A stretch of DNA of 63,200 nucleotides, filler included, from Octopus bimaculoides (lineage: Eukaryota): assembly GCF_001194135.2 (NCBI RefSeq). It is 6 parts of 5 records of this genome, joined end to end, with 100 filler letters (N's around TTAATTAATTAA, not from the genome) between each part and the next. Parts side by side here need not be neighbours in the genome. Positions count along the whole stretch, not along the records: positions 47,960 to 60,982 come from NC_068983.1; positions 61,083 to 63,200 come from NW_026382325.1; 4 more parts are not named here. One strand, 5' to 3'. The translations under genes and the position numbers were made by a program. Positions 51,232 through 63,200 of this stretch are shown in pieces (position 1 is the stretch's first letter; each line of letters begins with the position of its first letter). A model generated the notes under the pieces. That model worked only from the letters and a program-made list of their open reading frames with translations. It had not been told where the DNA came from and ran no database searches.

Positions 51232-52095
51232 GTAAAGCACTATACAAGAAATTGCAAACGAATGAAACTGAAAATTGGTGGGTAAAGAAAAGAATAAGAC
51301 AGACAGAGAAATAAGACGGCTGTGGATGACTAAAAGTGATTTAAAACCGGAAACGGATGCTCTAATCTGTGCTGCCCAAGAGCAAGCACCAAGAACAAAC
51401 TACATAAAATACAGAATAGACAACACATCAGAAAGTGATAAGTGCAGAATCTGTGGACAAAACGGTGAAACTGTACGGCATATTACCAGCCAATGTACGC
51501 CACTAGCCCAGAAGGAATATAAGAGACACCACAACAATATAGCAAGGCTTGTCCATTGGACACATTGTAACAAGTATGGACTTGACAGAGTAAAAAATTG
51601 ATACGACCACAAACCTGGAGGCATCGTCGAAAATAGAAATGCAAAGATCCTATGCGATTTTATGATTCAGTGCGACCATGAGGTAGAGAATAAGAAGCCG
51701 AACATAGTCTTAATTGAAAAAGAAAACAAACTATGCTGGATCATAGATATAGCATGCCCAGCTGACAACAAGGTATGCGATAAGGAAGAAAGAAAAGTCG
51801 AGAGATATGACAAGTTGGCTTGGGAAGTTAAGCAGTTGTGGTCGATGAAAAAGGTAGCAATAGCAACAATAATTGTTGGAGGCCTGGGAACAGTGATCAA
51901 AAACCTCGAGAAGTACGTAGAACAAATAGGGACTGCAATAAGGGTGGAGCACTTACAGAAAACAGCACTGCTTGGAACCGCTCGAATACTCCGGAAGGTG
52001 ATCGAAAAATAAGAAGTGTTACCTTAGTTCACTGGTAGTGAATAGCTGACACTGTAGTACATCTCCAGTGTTAGAAGCTGTGCAAAAACGACAAT
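51232..52095 (+). mobile_element. R4/Dong-type non-LTR retrotransposon 3' end (CCHC plus restriction-like endonuclease), pseudogenised
   Basis: ALICAAQEQAPRTNY..CRICGQNGETVRHITSQC..YKRHHNNIA, KPNIVLIEKENKLCWIIDIACP, KVERYDKL and LQKTALLGTARILRKV. One in-frame stop at ~51599. Ends in (AAT)n. Confidence 0.9.
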
Positions 52096-53243
52096 AATAA
52101 TAACGACAAAAACAGCAGCAGTAGCAACAACAACAACAACACCACCGAGTAACGAAAATTATCTCTTCTGGTCTTCCTTTGCCAAAATTTCCAATTCAAA
52201 TAACTTACTCACACACACATACACATACATACATGCATACATACATACATATGCATGTATATATGTATGTATATATGTATGTAGTATGTATATATGTGTG
52301 GGTATGTGGGGGTGTGTACGCGTGAAAGACACAAGTTCCCGACCCTCCCGGATAAAAAAACCAACTATAGAAATAATAACGGTAGCGTCAGGGGAATTGG
52401 AGAATCAAAACTGTACTTTTACACGTAAAATAACTGATGTACAGCAAAGGAAACGCAGGAATATATTTGAAAGCTAGGTTGAACATGTGAGTGACAGCTT
52501 TAAATATCATTACAATGTGGGGGTTTATTTTCATTTATGATATGGCGATTAAGTAGGTGGGTAACAGTTTTAATAACAACTTGTACCGGATATTTGCAGG
52601 CAAACTGCCGCAAAGAAAAAGGAAAACTGAAAAGCCATACGTTCATCAGCACTTCCGCCGCATAGCATTTGGTTGTGGAATTCTGAAAGATTTCAAGGGA
52701 ATAGCTTTTGTCTGTCATTAGTTTGGTTAGTTTCTGCAAATAAAANNNNNNNNNNNNNNNNNNNNNNNNNNNNNNNNNNNNNNNNNNNNNNNNNNNNNNN
52801 NNNNNNNNNNNNNNNNNNNNNNNNNNNNNNNNNNNNNNNNNNNNNNNNNNNNNNNNNNNNNNNNNNNNNNNNNNNNNNNNNNNNNNNNNNNNNNNNNNNN
52901 NNNNNNNNNNNNNNNNNNNNNNNNNNNNNNNNNNNNNNNNNNNNNNNNNNNNNNNNNNNNNNNNNNNNNNNNNNNNNNNNNNNNNATATATATATATGCA
53001 TACATACATGTACATGCGCGCACTCACACATACATACGTTCATACATACATGCATACATGCATGCATACATACATACATACATACACGAGCACACATACA
53101 TACATACATATATACATACACGAGTACACGTACATACACGCACACATACATACATACGTACGTACATACATACATACATACATACATGCATGCATGCATA
53201 CATACATACATAAATACATACATACATGCATGCATGCATGCAT

Positions 53244-53296
<53 letters not shown>

Positions 53297-55456
53297 TAGG
53301 CATACGTTACTTACGTACGTACGTACGTACGTACATGGACGAGCAAATAGACTGACAGACCTATAAGCAGGTAGATTGACAGATGGTGGTACCAAGAAAA
53401 CAGAATCAGAGACACATAGAGAGAAAGCTAAATAAAATTCTCCTGCATAGACTGTGCACAGTAGTAGTGTCGGCGACGGTGGCGGCGGTGGCCGTCGTGG
53501 TGGAGGTCGTGGTGGTGGGGGGAGAGGATTATGACGACGAGGATGATGTTGATGATGATGATGATGTGCAGGAGGCGGAGGAGGAGTGAAAAATGCAGTG
53601 TTGGTGTGGAAAATGATAGTGTAAAATAATAATCTGAATTGTTTAACCCTTTAACAGCGGAAATGTGCGCACGAGCGTGTGCACCAAACGGGCAAAATAA
53701 TAATAATAATAATAATAACAACAACAACAACAACAACAACAACAACNNNNNNNNNNNNNNNNNNNNNNNNNNNNNNNNNNNNNNNNNNNNNNNNNNNNNN
53801 NNNNNNNNNNNNNNNNNNNNNNNNNNNNNNNNNNNNNNNNNNNNNNNNNNNNNNNNNNNNNNNNNNNNNNNNNNNNNNNNNNNNNNNNNNNNNNNNNNNN
53901 NNNNNNNNNNNNNNNNNNNNNNNNNNNNNNNNNNNNNNNNNNNNNNNNNNNNNNNNNNNNNNNNNNNNNNNNNNNNNNNNNNNNNNNNNNNNNNNNNNNN
54001 NNNNNNNNNNNNNNNNNNNNNNNNNNNNNNNNNNNNNNNNNNNNNNNNNNNNNNNNNNNNNNNNNNNNNNNNNNNNNNNNNNNNNNNNNNNNNNNNNNNN
54101 NNNNNNNNNNNNNNNNNNNNNNNNNNNNNNNNNNNNNNNNNNNNNNNNNNNNNNNNNNNNNNNNNNNNNNNNNNNNNNNNNNNNNNNNNNNNNNNNNNNN
54201 NNNNNNNNNATGATATTTTAAAAACAAAGGACAATTAGGTAATAAAATCATTTGCGTACAAATTAAGTTGAAGTTTCCGCGTTGTCGCTGAACGTGTGTA
54301 CAAATGGAGAAAAATCGTTTTTTTCTTTTTCCATCCAGAGGTAGCTGAAGTATTACTTTCTTGTATGCTATCTAGATCATCGTTATCTGTTGACAACGAG
54401 AGGTCATAAAAAATCTTCTTCGTTGTTGTATAAATAAATATTCCATTTGCGACTTGAGTTCTCCTAAGGATAAGAGTCTTTTACGCTTAGGAGTATTCAA
54501 CGAAGTAGACGCCCGGGTGCCAATCGATGATTGGAGTCTTAATGTAAAATATTTGAAACATGAATTGATGACGTCTGCTGTTCTCAACAAAACATTAATG
54601 GAGGACGTCCATTAAGTATTAAAAAACACCATACTCTATATAATTTTTAATAGAAGGAATGCATAGACTCAGACAGATAGACAGACGTATATATGTACAT
54701 ACATAAGACACCTATACAGCAAACTGATTCGCCTTCTCTTAATGCAGTTAGTGATTCAGAAAATCAATGCAGTGGGCTGAACGCATGTATAATCACGTGC
54801 ACATATGGAGACATACCCAAACACTCCCACACACATACACATATACAAATACAACCAGGCACAATGACACAACACATATCAAACAGGGGAGTTTGACGAA
54901 GTAGACGGTTGGGCATCAATTGATGATGTCCGTGTAAAAATTTTGAAACACCAATTGATAACATCCGCTGTTCTCTAATGAAACATCAATGGATGATATC
55001 CACCGTTTAAGTGTTAAAAAGAACTTAGGTTTTATACAGTGTTTAATAGAATGCAGAAGATTATTATTAATGGTTTTAACAGAGTAGGAAGTGAAGCAGC
55101 CATGGTCTTCTGTGCGACCTCAAGCACAAATGAAGAGGAGGTAGGTAAGTGGAGCAACGAATAACTCTGAGCTTGTTGCAGTAGGAAGCAGTGCCTCTAG
55201 ACATCGAGTTATCTTAGACCGTGTATTTCCGGTTTGAATACTTGCAAAAGAATGAAGTACGCTAGGCGGTAGTTTTTAAACAGCCAACGAATTACATCTA
55301 CATCCGAAAAACAAATACAGTTATATTTCTGACCTTGTAATGTTTCTGCTGTAGCCTTGTAATATTTCTGTCTTAACCTAATTGTGTCATTGCGAGTGCC
55401 ATAGCTACACTTGCGCTGTAGACAAGCCAAAGCTATAGAGCATGATAGTACCAGAG

Positions 55457-56290
55457 CCAAAACTATCGCTGCATTATAACCATTCCTACGCCATAACCCT
55501 CCGTATGTCATAGCCATCCCTATGCCCTATGTCACAGTCACCCTTACGTTACAGCAATCAGTACGTCATAACAATCGTTGCGTCATAACAATCGCTGCAT
55601 TATAGTCTTCCCTGTGTCATAACCTTGGCTGTATCATAATACATTGTTGTGTCATAATTAACGCTGCGTCATAACTATTTCTGCACCATAACCGTCCCTG
55701 TGTCATAACAATTGCTATGTTATAACCACCCCTGCCTCATAGTAGTCCCTACGCTCAACCATCCCTGTGTCACAACAGTCACTACGTCATAAGAATCTCT
55801 ACATCATAACCATCGCTGTATCATAGCGATCGCTTCGTGATAACCATCCCTGTACCATAATAATCACAACATTGTAATCAGCCATGCGTCATAACCACCC
55901 CTGTGTCATAACCATCCCCGTGTCATAACTATCCCCGTGTCATAACCATCCTCGTGTCATAACCATCCCTACATCATGACCATCCGTGCATTATAACCAT
56001 CTCTGAGTTATAACCCTCCCAGCGCCATAACAATCGCTGCATCATAAATACTCCTGCGTCATAACAATCGCTGTGTCATAACCATCGCTGCGTCATAAAT
56101 ATCCCTACGTCACCATCTGTGCATCATAACCACCCCTGCGTTATAACCATCCTAGCGTCATAACAATCATTGCATCATAACAAACGTGTCAAACTTTGCG
56201 TCATAACAAACGCTGCGTCACAAACATCAATGCATCATAGCCATCCCTGTGTCATAACCATCGTTGCATCATAACAATCGCTGCATTATA
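55457..56290. repeat. 17-bp minisatellite (consensus ~CATAACCATCCCTGTGT / CATAACAATCGCTGCGT), roughly 48 diverged copies
   Basis: Consecutive 17-mers can be read directly (e.g. 55900-56110). Confidence 0.9.
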
Positions 56291-57134
56291 GCGGTTCGCC
56301 ATTAGATTCCGCTAGAATAAGTACCAGGCTTTATCAATAAAGTACTGTGGTAGATTTGTTCAAACAAAACCTTCAAGGAGGTGCTCCATTGTGACCGTAG
56401 CACAATGTATTCCAGACAAAAATATCGATTCAACAGGAAACATTAATGCAGCGAAGGACGAGTTATTTCCCTTGAAACGTAGGGGAAATAATTCTTGCAA
56501 ATAATATAAAAGTTATGTCCCTTGTTGATATTTCATTTGCGTTCATATTTTTCTAGTTTTGTGTCGATTCTTATTAGACAAAAGCTGATCTGAAAAATGT
56601 TCATTGCTATTTCTAACTACTCGAGAGGTTTACTACCTGGGGGACATATGAAAAGTCTAATTTCCGTTCAACAAAGATTAGCTTAAAGAAATAATTCAAG
56701 TGGCAGATACTTGAACAACACAAGCGAATAGATGTATATCAATTACCATACAACGTAAATTCTTTGATTTATTAAAACTATATCCGGCTCTAGAGGTTAT
56801 ATCATAATTTCCAACTGACAATTAAGACTAAATCTATGTGAGAAGGGGAGAAGATTTCAAGAATTAAGAATTCTCCAAAACTGAAATGCCATTATGGAAA
56901 AGGACAAGCTTATTGTCTGGAGGAAAGAAGATAGTCGTAGACACGCGTTTCTACCTCAAAAGGCGTCATCAGCGTTACAATTGACCCAACTTATCAGCAG
57001 CCACAGAACATAGTTATATATATACATTTATGGCCTTAGTAACTTGCATAATTTAAGCAAAACCAGTTTAAGTTTTACTTTTGGCCTTTTAATTGCTTCA
57101 GCCATTAGAACAAATTTTTTGTCGAATATATCAA

Positions 57135-57213
57135 CTGCGAACAGCTAAGTTACGTGTACGTAAACACACCAGCACCGGTTTTCAAGCGGCAGGGATGTGG
57201 ACAAGCACAGACA

Positions 57214-57261
<48 letters not shown>

Positions 57262-57409
57262 ATTTCTGTCTACCAAATCGACTCACAAGATTTTGGTCCG
57301 TCTGAGGCTATAGTGGAAGGCTATAGTTGCCCAAGCAATAACGCAGTGGGACTGACCCCCGAACCTTGTGGTTGGGGAACTAGAATTCTACCACACAGCC
57401 ACGCCTGCG
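57135..57409 (-). mobile_element. SINE family A (3'-truncated)
   Basis: Reverse complement of the family A head and body, with a (CA)n centre. Confidence 0.8.
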
Positions 57410-57994
57410 TTTGCTTATCTTTTATATTGAAGCTGATTTTGAAAGTATCTTGATATGTTTGTTGGCCACCGAGAATACCAACATGAATTGTAACATGGTG
57501 CAAAGATGTTTCGGCCATCCACTACAAGTAAGCATTTATTGTTATTGTTGTCAGTCGATGGTAAATACGATGTGGTCAAGTTGAAGTATATTACTGATTA
57601 CTCACATTGTTATGACTACATACATACTTCCACGCACATCAACACACAGGCATAGATACGCATACACGTGCATGTGAGCGCGCACACACACACACAGACA
57701 CGCACACACACACAAACACTTACGTAAATGTAGGGATAAGCAACTTGGACAGATCAATATATAAAATATATTAAATACCTGAAATATAAGTAATGTATAT
57801 ATGTATACATACAAAAAGATCCGACTTACATAGAATAGAAATGGTATAGAGAATTAAAGGGGTCGAAGAAAAGTATCACAAATCCAACAGCCGTTTCTGG
57901 GAGCTCGGTGGTCCAAAATAATGTTTGTAGATTGATTCCATCGTAGCATGCGACGAGCCTCTGCCTTCAGGGAAGAGATCTTATATCTGAGATG

Positions 57995-57999
57995 TTGAA

Positions 58000-58045
<46 letters not shown>

Positions 58046-58046
58046 G

Positions 58047-58086
<40 letters not shown>

Positions 58087-58456
58087 TACACACACACATA
58101 CATATATACACGCACATACATACATACATACATACATACATACATGCATCATACGTACATACATACATACATACAAACATACATGCATACATACATACAT
58201 ACATAGATGCATCCATCCATCCATCCTTCCATCCATCCATACATCCATCCATCCATCCGTCCATACATACATACATACATACATACATACATACATACAT
58301 ACATACAAGCATGCATGCATACATACATGCATACATACTTACATACATACACATACCCCCACACACATACATACATACATACATACATACATTCATACAT
58401 ACACACATACACACACATACACACATACATACATACATACACACATACATACATAG
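57995..58456. repeat. Compound microsatellite (TA)n-(CA)n-(CATA)n-(CATC)n
   Basis: Directly visible. Confidence 0.95.
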
Positions 58457-58816
58457 ATTTAAAAATACATAAAAAATACATAGGCACGTACACAAATTCA
58501 TACATAAAACATGAGTACACATCCAGGTCATAAAGTCACATTTATAATTCACATAACTTGGTCGACACGGCTTTTATGAATAGATGCCTAAATAACAATC
58601 TGGATATGCTTGGGTTTGAAGTCAACCAATTTGAGTCGCACATTACAAATACAAATTGTAAGTGGAACAGGAAAACTATGCAAGATTTTTCTCAAGTCTA
58701 AAATGTGGCGTTGTTTTTGTTATCTACATTCCTCAGAGGAAGAATTTAAATATCTAAAACAGAAGAGAACATGCATACATACCTACATACATACATACAT
58801 ACATACATACATACAT

Positions 58817-59057
58817 GTTGTTGTTGGCACTCCGTCGCTTACGACGTCGAGGGTTCCAATTGTACCGATCAACGGAACAGCCTGTTCGTGAAATTAACGT
58901 GAAAGTGGCTGAGCACTTCACAGACATGTGTATCCTTAACGTAGTTCTCGGGGATATTCAACGTGACACACTGTGACAAGGCTGACCCTTTGAATTACAG
59001 GTACAACAGAAACAGGAAGTAAGAGTGAGTGAAAGTTGTGGTGAAAGAGTACAGCAG
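58817..59057 (-). mobile_element. SINE family C 3' part
   Basis: Reverse complement of the body and tail of 60383-60767. Confidence 0.85.
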
Positions 59058-59139
59058 ACTAAATGCGGTGCTCCAGCATGGCCGCAGTCAAATGACTGAA
59101 ACAAGTAAAAGAGTAAAAGAGAGTAAAGAGTAGATATGG

Positions 59140-59700
59140 GTTTCCTGCTACAAAGAGGGGAAATTCGACTTCACAGAGTCGAAGTGGTTCAATCGACGTT
59201 TTCAGTTCAATGAGGATCGATCGAGTGGGCACATCCACGAGGATCCGCAACTTTCCACTAAGAAAGTGGTACAATTGATGGGTTGCTCCCGTGATAGATT
59301 CGCCAGATAAATTCACCTTCACTCGATTAGCAATCCAGCTGAAGCAACATGACCAGCGACACAGTAAACTTCTTCACCACAAATGCTATTCAAGTGCTTG
59401 GTTGGGAGGTTCTACCACACCCACCGTATTCTCCTTTAAATTATCACACTTTCAGTCGATTTCCAGCAGTCTCCGAGTTATCTCGTTCACCAACGACGTG
59501 GAGTTGAAAACGTGGCTCGTTAAATTCTTCAAGTCAATAACCGGTGATTTCTACTGTCACAGCATCGACAAAATGGTGAAACGTTGGCAACAAGTCGTGA
59601 ACAATAAAGATTACTGTATAATTGATTTGTTAAAATTGCTAATGAAAAATAAGGATGAAAATAAATAAGTCAAACGAATTTATGTAATAAACCTATGTAT
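59140..59700 (+). mobile_element. Deleted mariner element
   Basis: LGWEVLPHPPYS-like segment and FTNDVELKTWLVKFFKSITGDFYCHSIDKMVKRWQQVVNNKDYCIID, a mariner C-terminus. Confidence 0.8.
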
Positions 59701-60382
59701 TTTCTAATAATTTTGGTTGATGTGTGTTTGTTGNNNNNNNNNNCCCACCGTATTCTCCTTTAAATTATCACACTTTCAGTCGATTTCCAGCAGTCCTTTA
59801 AATTATCACGCAACTGGTACTTAATTTATCGACCCCGAAAGGATGAAATGCAAAGTCGACCTCGGCGTAATTTGAACTGAGAACGTAAAGACAGACGAAA
59901 TCCCGATAGGCATTTCGCCCAGCTCGCCCATATTGGGTTCATCTATTCTTTTGATGAATCTCCACCCCCACCCCTTGAGGATTGAGCAACTGGGTTTGTA
60001 GCGGCTATCATCACCTGAATGGTCTGGTGTATGTGCCGATTTCATTATTGGCGGTCTGATAGGAAACAGACCGTATATGTTACCAATAGTACACAAAGCG
60101 ACGTAGCACAGACCTTTACATACGTACATACATACATACATACATACATACATACATACATACATACATACATTATACTTACATGCACACGCACACATAT
60201 TTATATGTATACGTAAAAGCATGTTAAATTTTGGAGGATACTTGACTCTCGAAATTATGTCCCTTCCTCATATGAAGCTGGTCTTCATTACCATTTTGTA
60301 ATTATGATACATCCTCAAAGCTAGAAGATGATGTCAATAAATCAAGAATTTATGTTGTTTAGTGTGTAATATACCATTTATC

Positions 60383-60767
60383 GTGGAGACGCAATGGCCC
60401 AGTGGTTAGGGCAGCGGACTCGCGGTCATAGTATCGCGGTTTCGATTCCCAGACCGGGCGTTGTGAGTGTTGATTGAGCGAAAACACCTAAAGCTCCACG
60501 AGGCTCCGGCAGGGGATGGTGGCGAACCCTGCTGTACTCTTTCAGCACAACTTTCTCTCACTCTTACTTTCTGTTTCTCTTGTGCCTGTAGTTCAAAGGG
60601 TTAGACTTGTCACATCCTGTGTCACGCTGAATCTCCCCGAGAACTACGTTAAGGGTACACGTGTCTGTGGAGTGCTCAGCCACTTGCACGTTAATTTCAC
60701 GAGCAGGCTGTTCCGTTGATTGGACCAACTGGAACCCTCGACGTCGTAAGCGACGGAGCGCCAACAC
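60383..60767 (+). mobile_element. SINE family C, full length
   Basis: A box TGGCCCAGTGG, B box GTTTCGATTCC, tail GACGTCGTAAGCGACGGAGCGCCAAC. Confidence 0.9.
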
Positions 60768-61082
60768 ACACATATCATTTATCATGTCTTTTATAATGCT
60801 TCCTTGTAGACACGAAGCTTGTTAGTAAACTTGAAAGGGCAGAAATTGTGTGAAAGCTGGTCAGATAAGTTGTATCAGTACTCGGCTGTGAAATTATATA
60901 TTGGGTTGTCAGATAAATTCGTTCGTTGCTTTTCAATGTTATTTGAATTAACACGCAAAATATTTTCATCGTAGCGTTTTTANNNNNNNNNNNNNNNNNN
61001 NNNNNNNNNNNNNNNNNNNNNNNNNNTTAATTAATTAANNNNNNNNNNNNNNNNNNNNNNNNNNNNNNNNNNNNNNNNNNNN

Positions 61083-61121
<39 letters not shown>

Positions 61122-61154
61122 GATATTATCGTCATTATCATCATTATCATTATT

Positions 61155-61446
61155 AAGGCTTCGAGCTGTTAGCGTGCTGGACGAAATGCTTAGCTGTATT
61201 TTGCCCGTTGCTCTGTTCTGAATTCAAATTCCGCAGAGGTCGATTTTGTCTTCTGTCCTTTCGGTGTCGATAATTAAGTACCAGTGAAACACTGGGGTCG
61301 ATGTAATCGACTTATCCCCTTTACCAAAATAGCTGCCCTTGTGTAAAAATTGGAAACCATTATTATTATTACTATTAAGGCGGCGAGCTGACAGAATCGT
61401 TAGAACACCAGGCAAAAAGCTTAACGGTATTTCGTCTCCGTGAGTT
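61155..61446 (+). mobile_element. SINE family B copy plus a second head truncated near its B box
   Basis: One copy at 61155-61372. A second head at 61376-61446 breaks off at ...TTCGTCTCCGTGAGTT. Confidence 0.75.
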
Positions 61447-61631
61447 TGTTGGTTACGCGTCGCACATGTGTTCGTGGTGAAAATTGCTGTTTATTAGTGT
61501 TATTATTTATAATAACTACTCTTTTATTAACTGCTGTTTCTGTTAAATTGCTAACTGTTGGGGTTTTTATTTGAAAACACTAAGTGCTTGTAGAAAGCAC
61601 ATGTTTGTTCATTCCCCCATTGGGGGGAAGA

Positions 61632-63187
61632 ATGTCGTCTAGCGAGAGGCCTAGCGTTTGCACAAAAATGTCTGGTGAGACGAAGAAGTTTTTGTTGTCT
61701 GGCGAGGAGCCAACTACAAGTAAAAAACCAATGGATTCTCCCGAAAAAGGAATTTTTGATTCCCCCGTTACCAAAACGCACAACAAAATGTATGAAATAT
61801 TTGGAGACGTATCGGAAAGCTCGTCAGAACTTTCACAAGATTTCACGATTTTGTCAAAAAATATTGTGACCAAAAGGATTATCGATGTACCTAGCATCCA
61901 GACTGAACAAACAAAAAAGAAAAAAAGTTTTGCGTTGGCAGCTGGGGGTGGAACCCGGCTGCTTTCGATGAACAAGTCAGACTACATGAAATATAGAAAA
62001 ATAATGGAAGTGAACGATAGCGTGGTTAAAATACAACCACCGGAGCAATTAATGCAAGCAAAAAAAACAGAAGACGATAATATTTAAAACTTATTGTTTA
62101 CAAAAAAGAAAAATCGAAAGATTTACAGAAGAGAAGATTGAAAAGTGTTTGAAGAAAATATGGAGCGACGTAGTGTATGTGACAAGAGGCAAGAAGTTTG
62201 GTACAGTGGAAGTAAGGTTTACCAACAAGGAAATGGCCCAAAAGCATTCCGTAGAAACCCTGAAAACGGAAGACGTGGCGCTCATCCCCACCTATATGGG
62301 GATGAGAACGTCCAGAATTAATATANNNNNNNNNNTATGGGGATGAGAACGTCCAGAATTAATATAACAAGGGTCCCACCGGAAGTGGATCCTATGTGGG
62401 TGGTGGAGGCAGTCCTAGTCAACGAGGAAGAGAAAATTACCCTCCTCCAGGCTGCCGTTACCGAAAACGTTAACTGGACTGGTCAAACAGTTAGTCTCCT
62501 TATCCAAGCTGACCCAAAAATAATTGAAGCAATTCCCGAGACAATTCAGATAGGGGAGGAGAACCTGGTGGTGTTTGTTGAGGGTCGAAAACCCCGGTGT
62601 TTTTTTTGTGCGGCCAATTAGGCCACATTCGAAGGAACTGCAAGGAAAATGAGGAAGACGAGGATGAGGAGAAAGAAGAAAAAGAGGAAGAAGAAAAAGA
62701 CGAGAAGAAAACAACAAACAAAAGGAAAATATAATCAGCAGCTCAACCGAGAGTGGCGACTACTACAGAACAATGACCAAAAAAGACTGCAAGAAGAGAA
62801 AAAGAGGAGAAAGGCATAATAGCCGTATACAGTAAAGATACTGAACTAATGAGAGACATTCAATTAATTAAGACTGCAAAAAAAATAGATAACCTTTCGG
62901 AGAAATACAACAATTATGACGTGTATGTAGTCTCAAATAAGACTCATAGAATTTTACAAAACAAATACCGTAAGTCAGTATCATCTATGAGACTGGACTT
63001 TAATAAGTCTATATTTAATGGACTACCAGCCCCGATAACGCGAGAAAAAGAAAAGGTGGAGACCCCACCTCCACCTGATAATTCTGTAATGAGACAGGAT
63101 TTTAACAAAACTATTTCCCAAGACCTGCCACCTCCGACCCTGTATCAAGGAAAGGTGGAGAGTCCCTCTCCACCGGACAAGCCCTGA
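61632..63187 (+). pseudogene. Frameshifted ORF1 (gag-like, RRM-like region plus CCHC zinc knuckle) of an L1/Tx1-type non-LTR retrotransposon
   Basis: Joined frames give KIWSDVVYVTRGKKFGTVEVRF..RINITRVPPEV..VVFVEGRKPRC. Removing 2 T from the 8-T run at ~62600 gives C-F-L-C-G-Q-L-G-H-I-R-R-N-C (CX2CX4HX4C), followed by an acidic/Lys tract. ORF2 would lie beyond the window. Confidence 0.7.
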
Positions 63188-63200
63188 TTAACAGGTAAGT

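Noticed and set aside
53643-53700. TTAA-CCCTTTAACAGCGG piggyBac-like terminus
   Set aside because: No partner end is visible because the sequence is cut by a microsatellite and a gap.
55209-55517. 102-aa ORF with a hydrophobic, signal-like N-terminus
   Set aside because: It starts inside the degenerate minisatellite edge, has no recognisable homology, and is of a length expected by chance.
55457-56290. CRISPR-like array
   Set aside because: Contiguous 17-bp units have no unique spacers, the context is eukaryotic, and there are no cas genes.
62300-62370. Tandem duplication TATGGGGATGAGAACGTCCAGAATTAATATA (similarly 59743-59795 vs 59423-59471, and 5139-6030)
   Set aside because: The copies flank or follow 10-N gaps, consistent with unmerged overlapping contig ends.

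Overview
AT-rich, gap-ridden eukaryotic draft-genome window. By repeat content it is inferred to be cephalopod (Octopus-like) intergenic or intronic DNA. I found no supportable host gene, rRNA, bona fide tRNA or CRISPR array, and almost all listed ORFs are read-throughs of microsatellites or N-gaps. The window holds at least four families of tRNA-headed SINEs and decayed transposon remnants: a Penelope-like RT/GIY-YIG, a CR1/L2-group LINE, an R4/Dong-type LINE 3' end, an L1/Tx1-type ORF1, mariner DD34D, maT DD37D, and a hAT transposase with nested SINEs. It also holds Helitron/HINE-like pieces, foldback MITEs, a 17-bp minisatellite and many microsatellites. The most interesting signal is a set of type I hammerhead-ribozyme motifs (5-6 in 63 kb) with covarying stems and palindromic helix III. 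One sits in a highly base-paired, terminally redundant 345-nt retrozyme-like unit (9848-10222), and another is fused behind a tRNA-like Pol III head (26590-26860). TTAATTAATTAA motifs inside gaps are assembly linkers.
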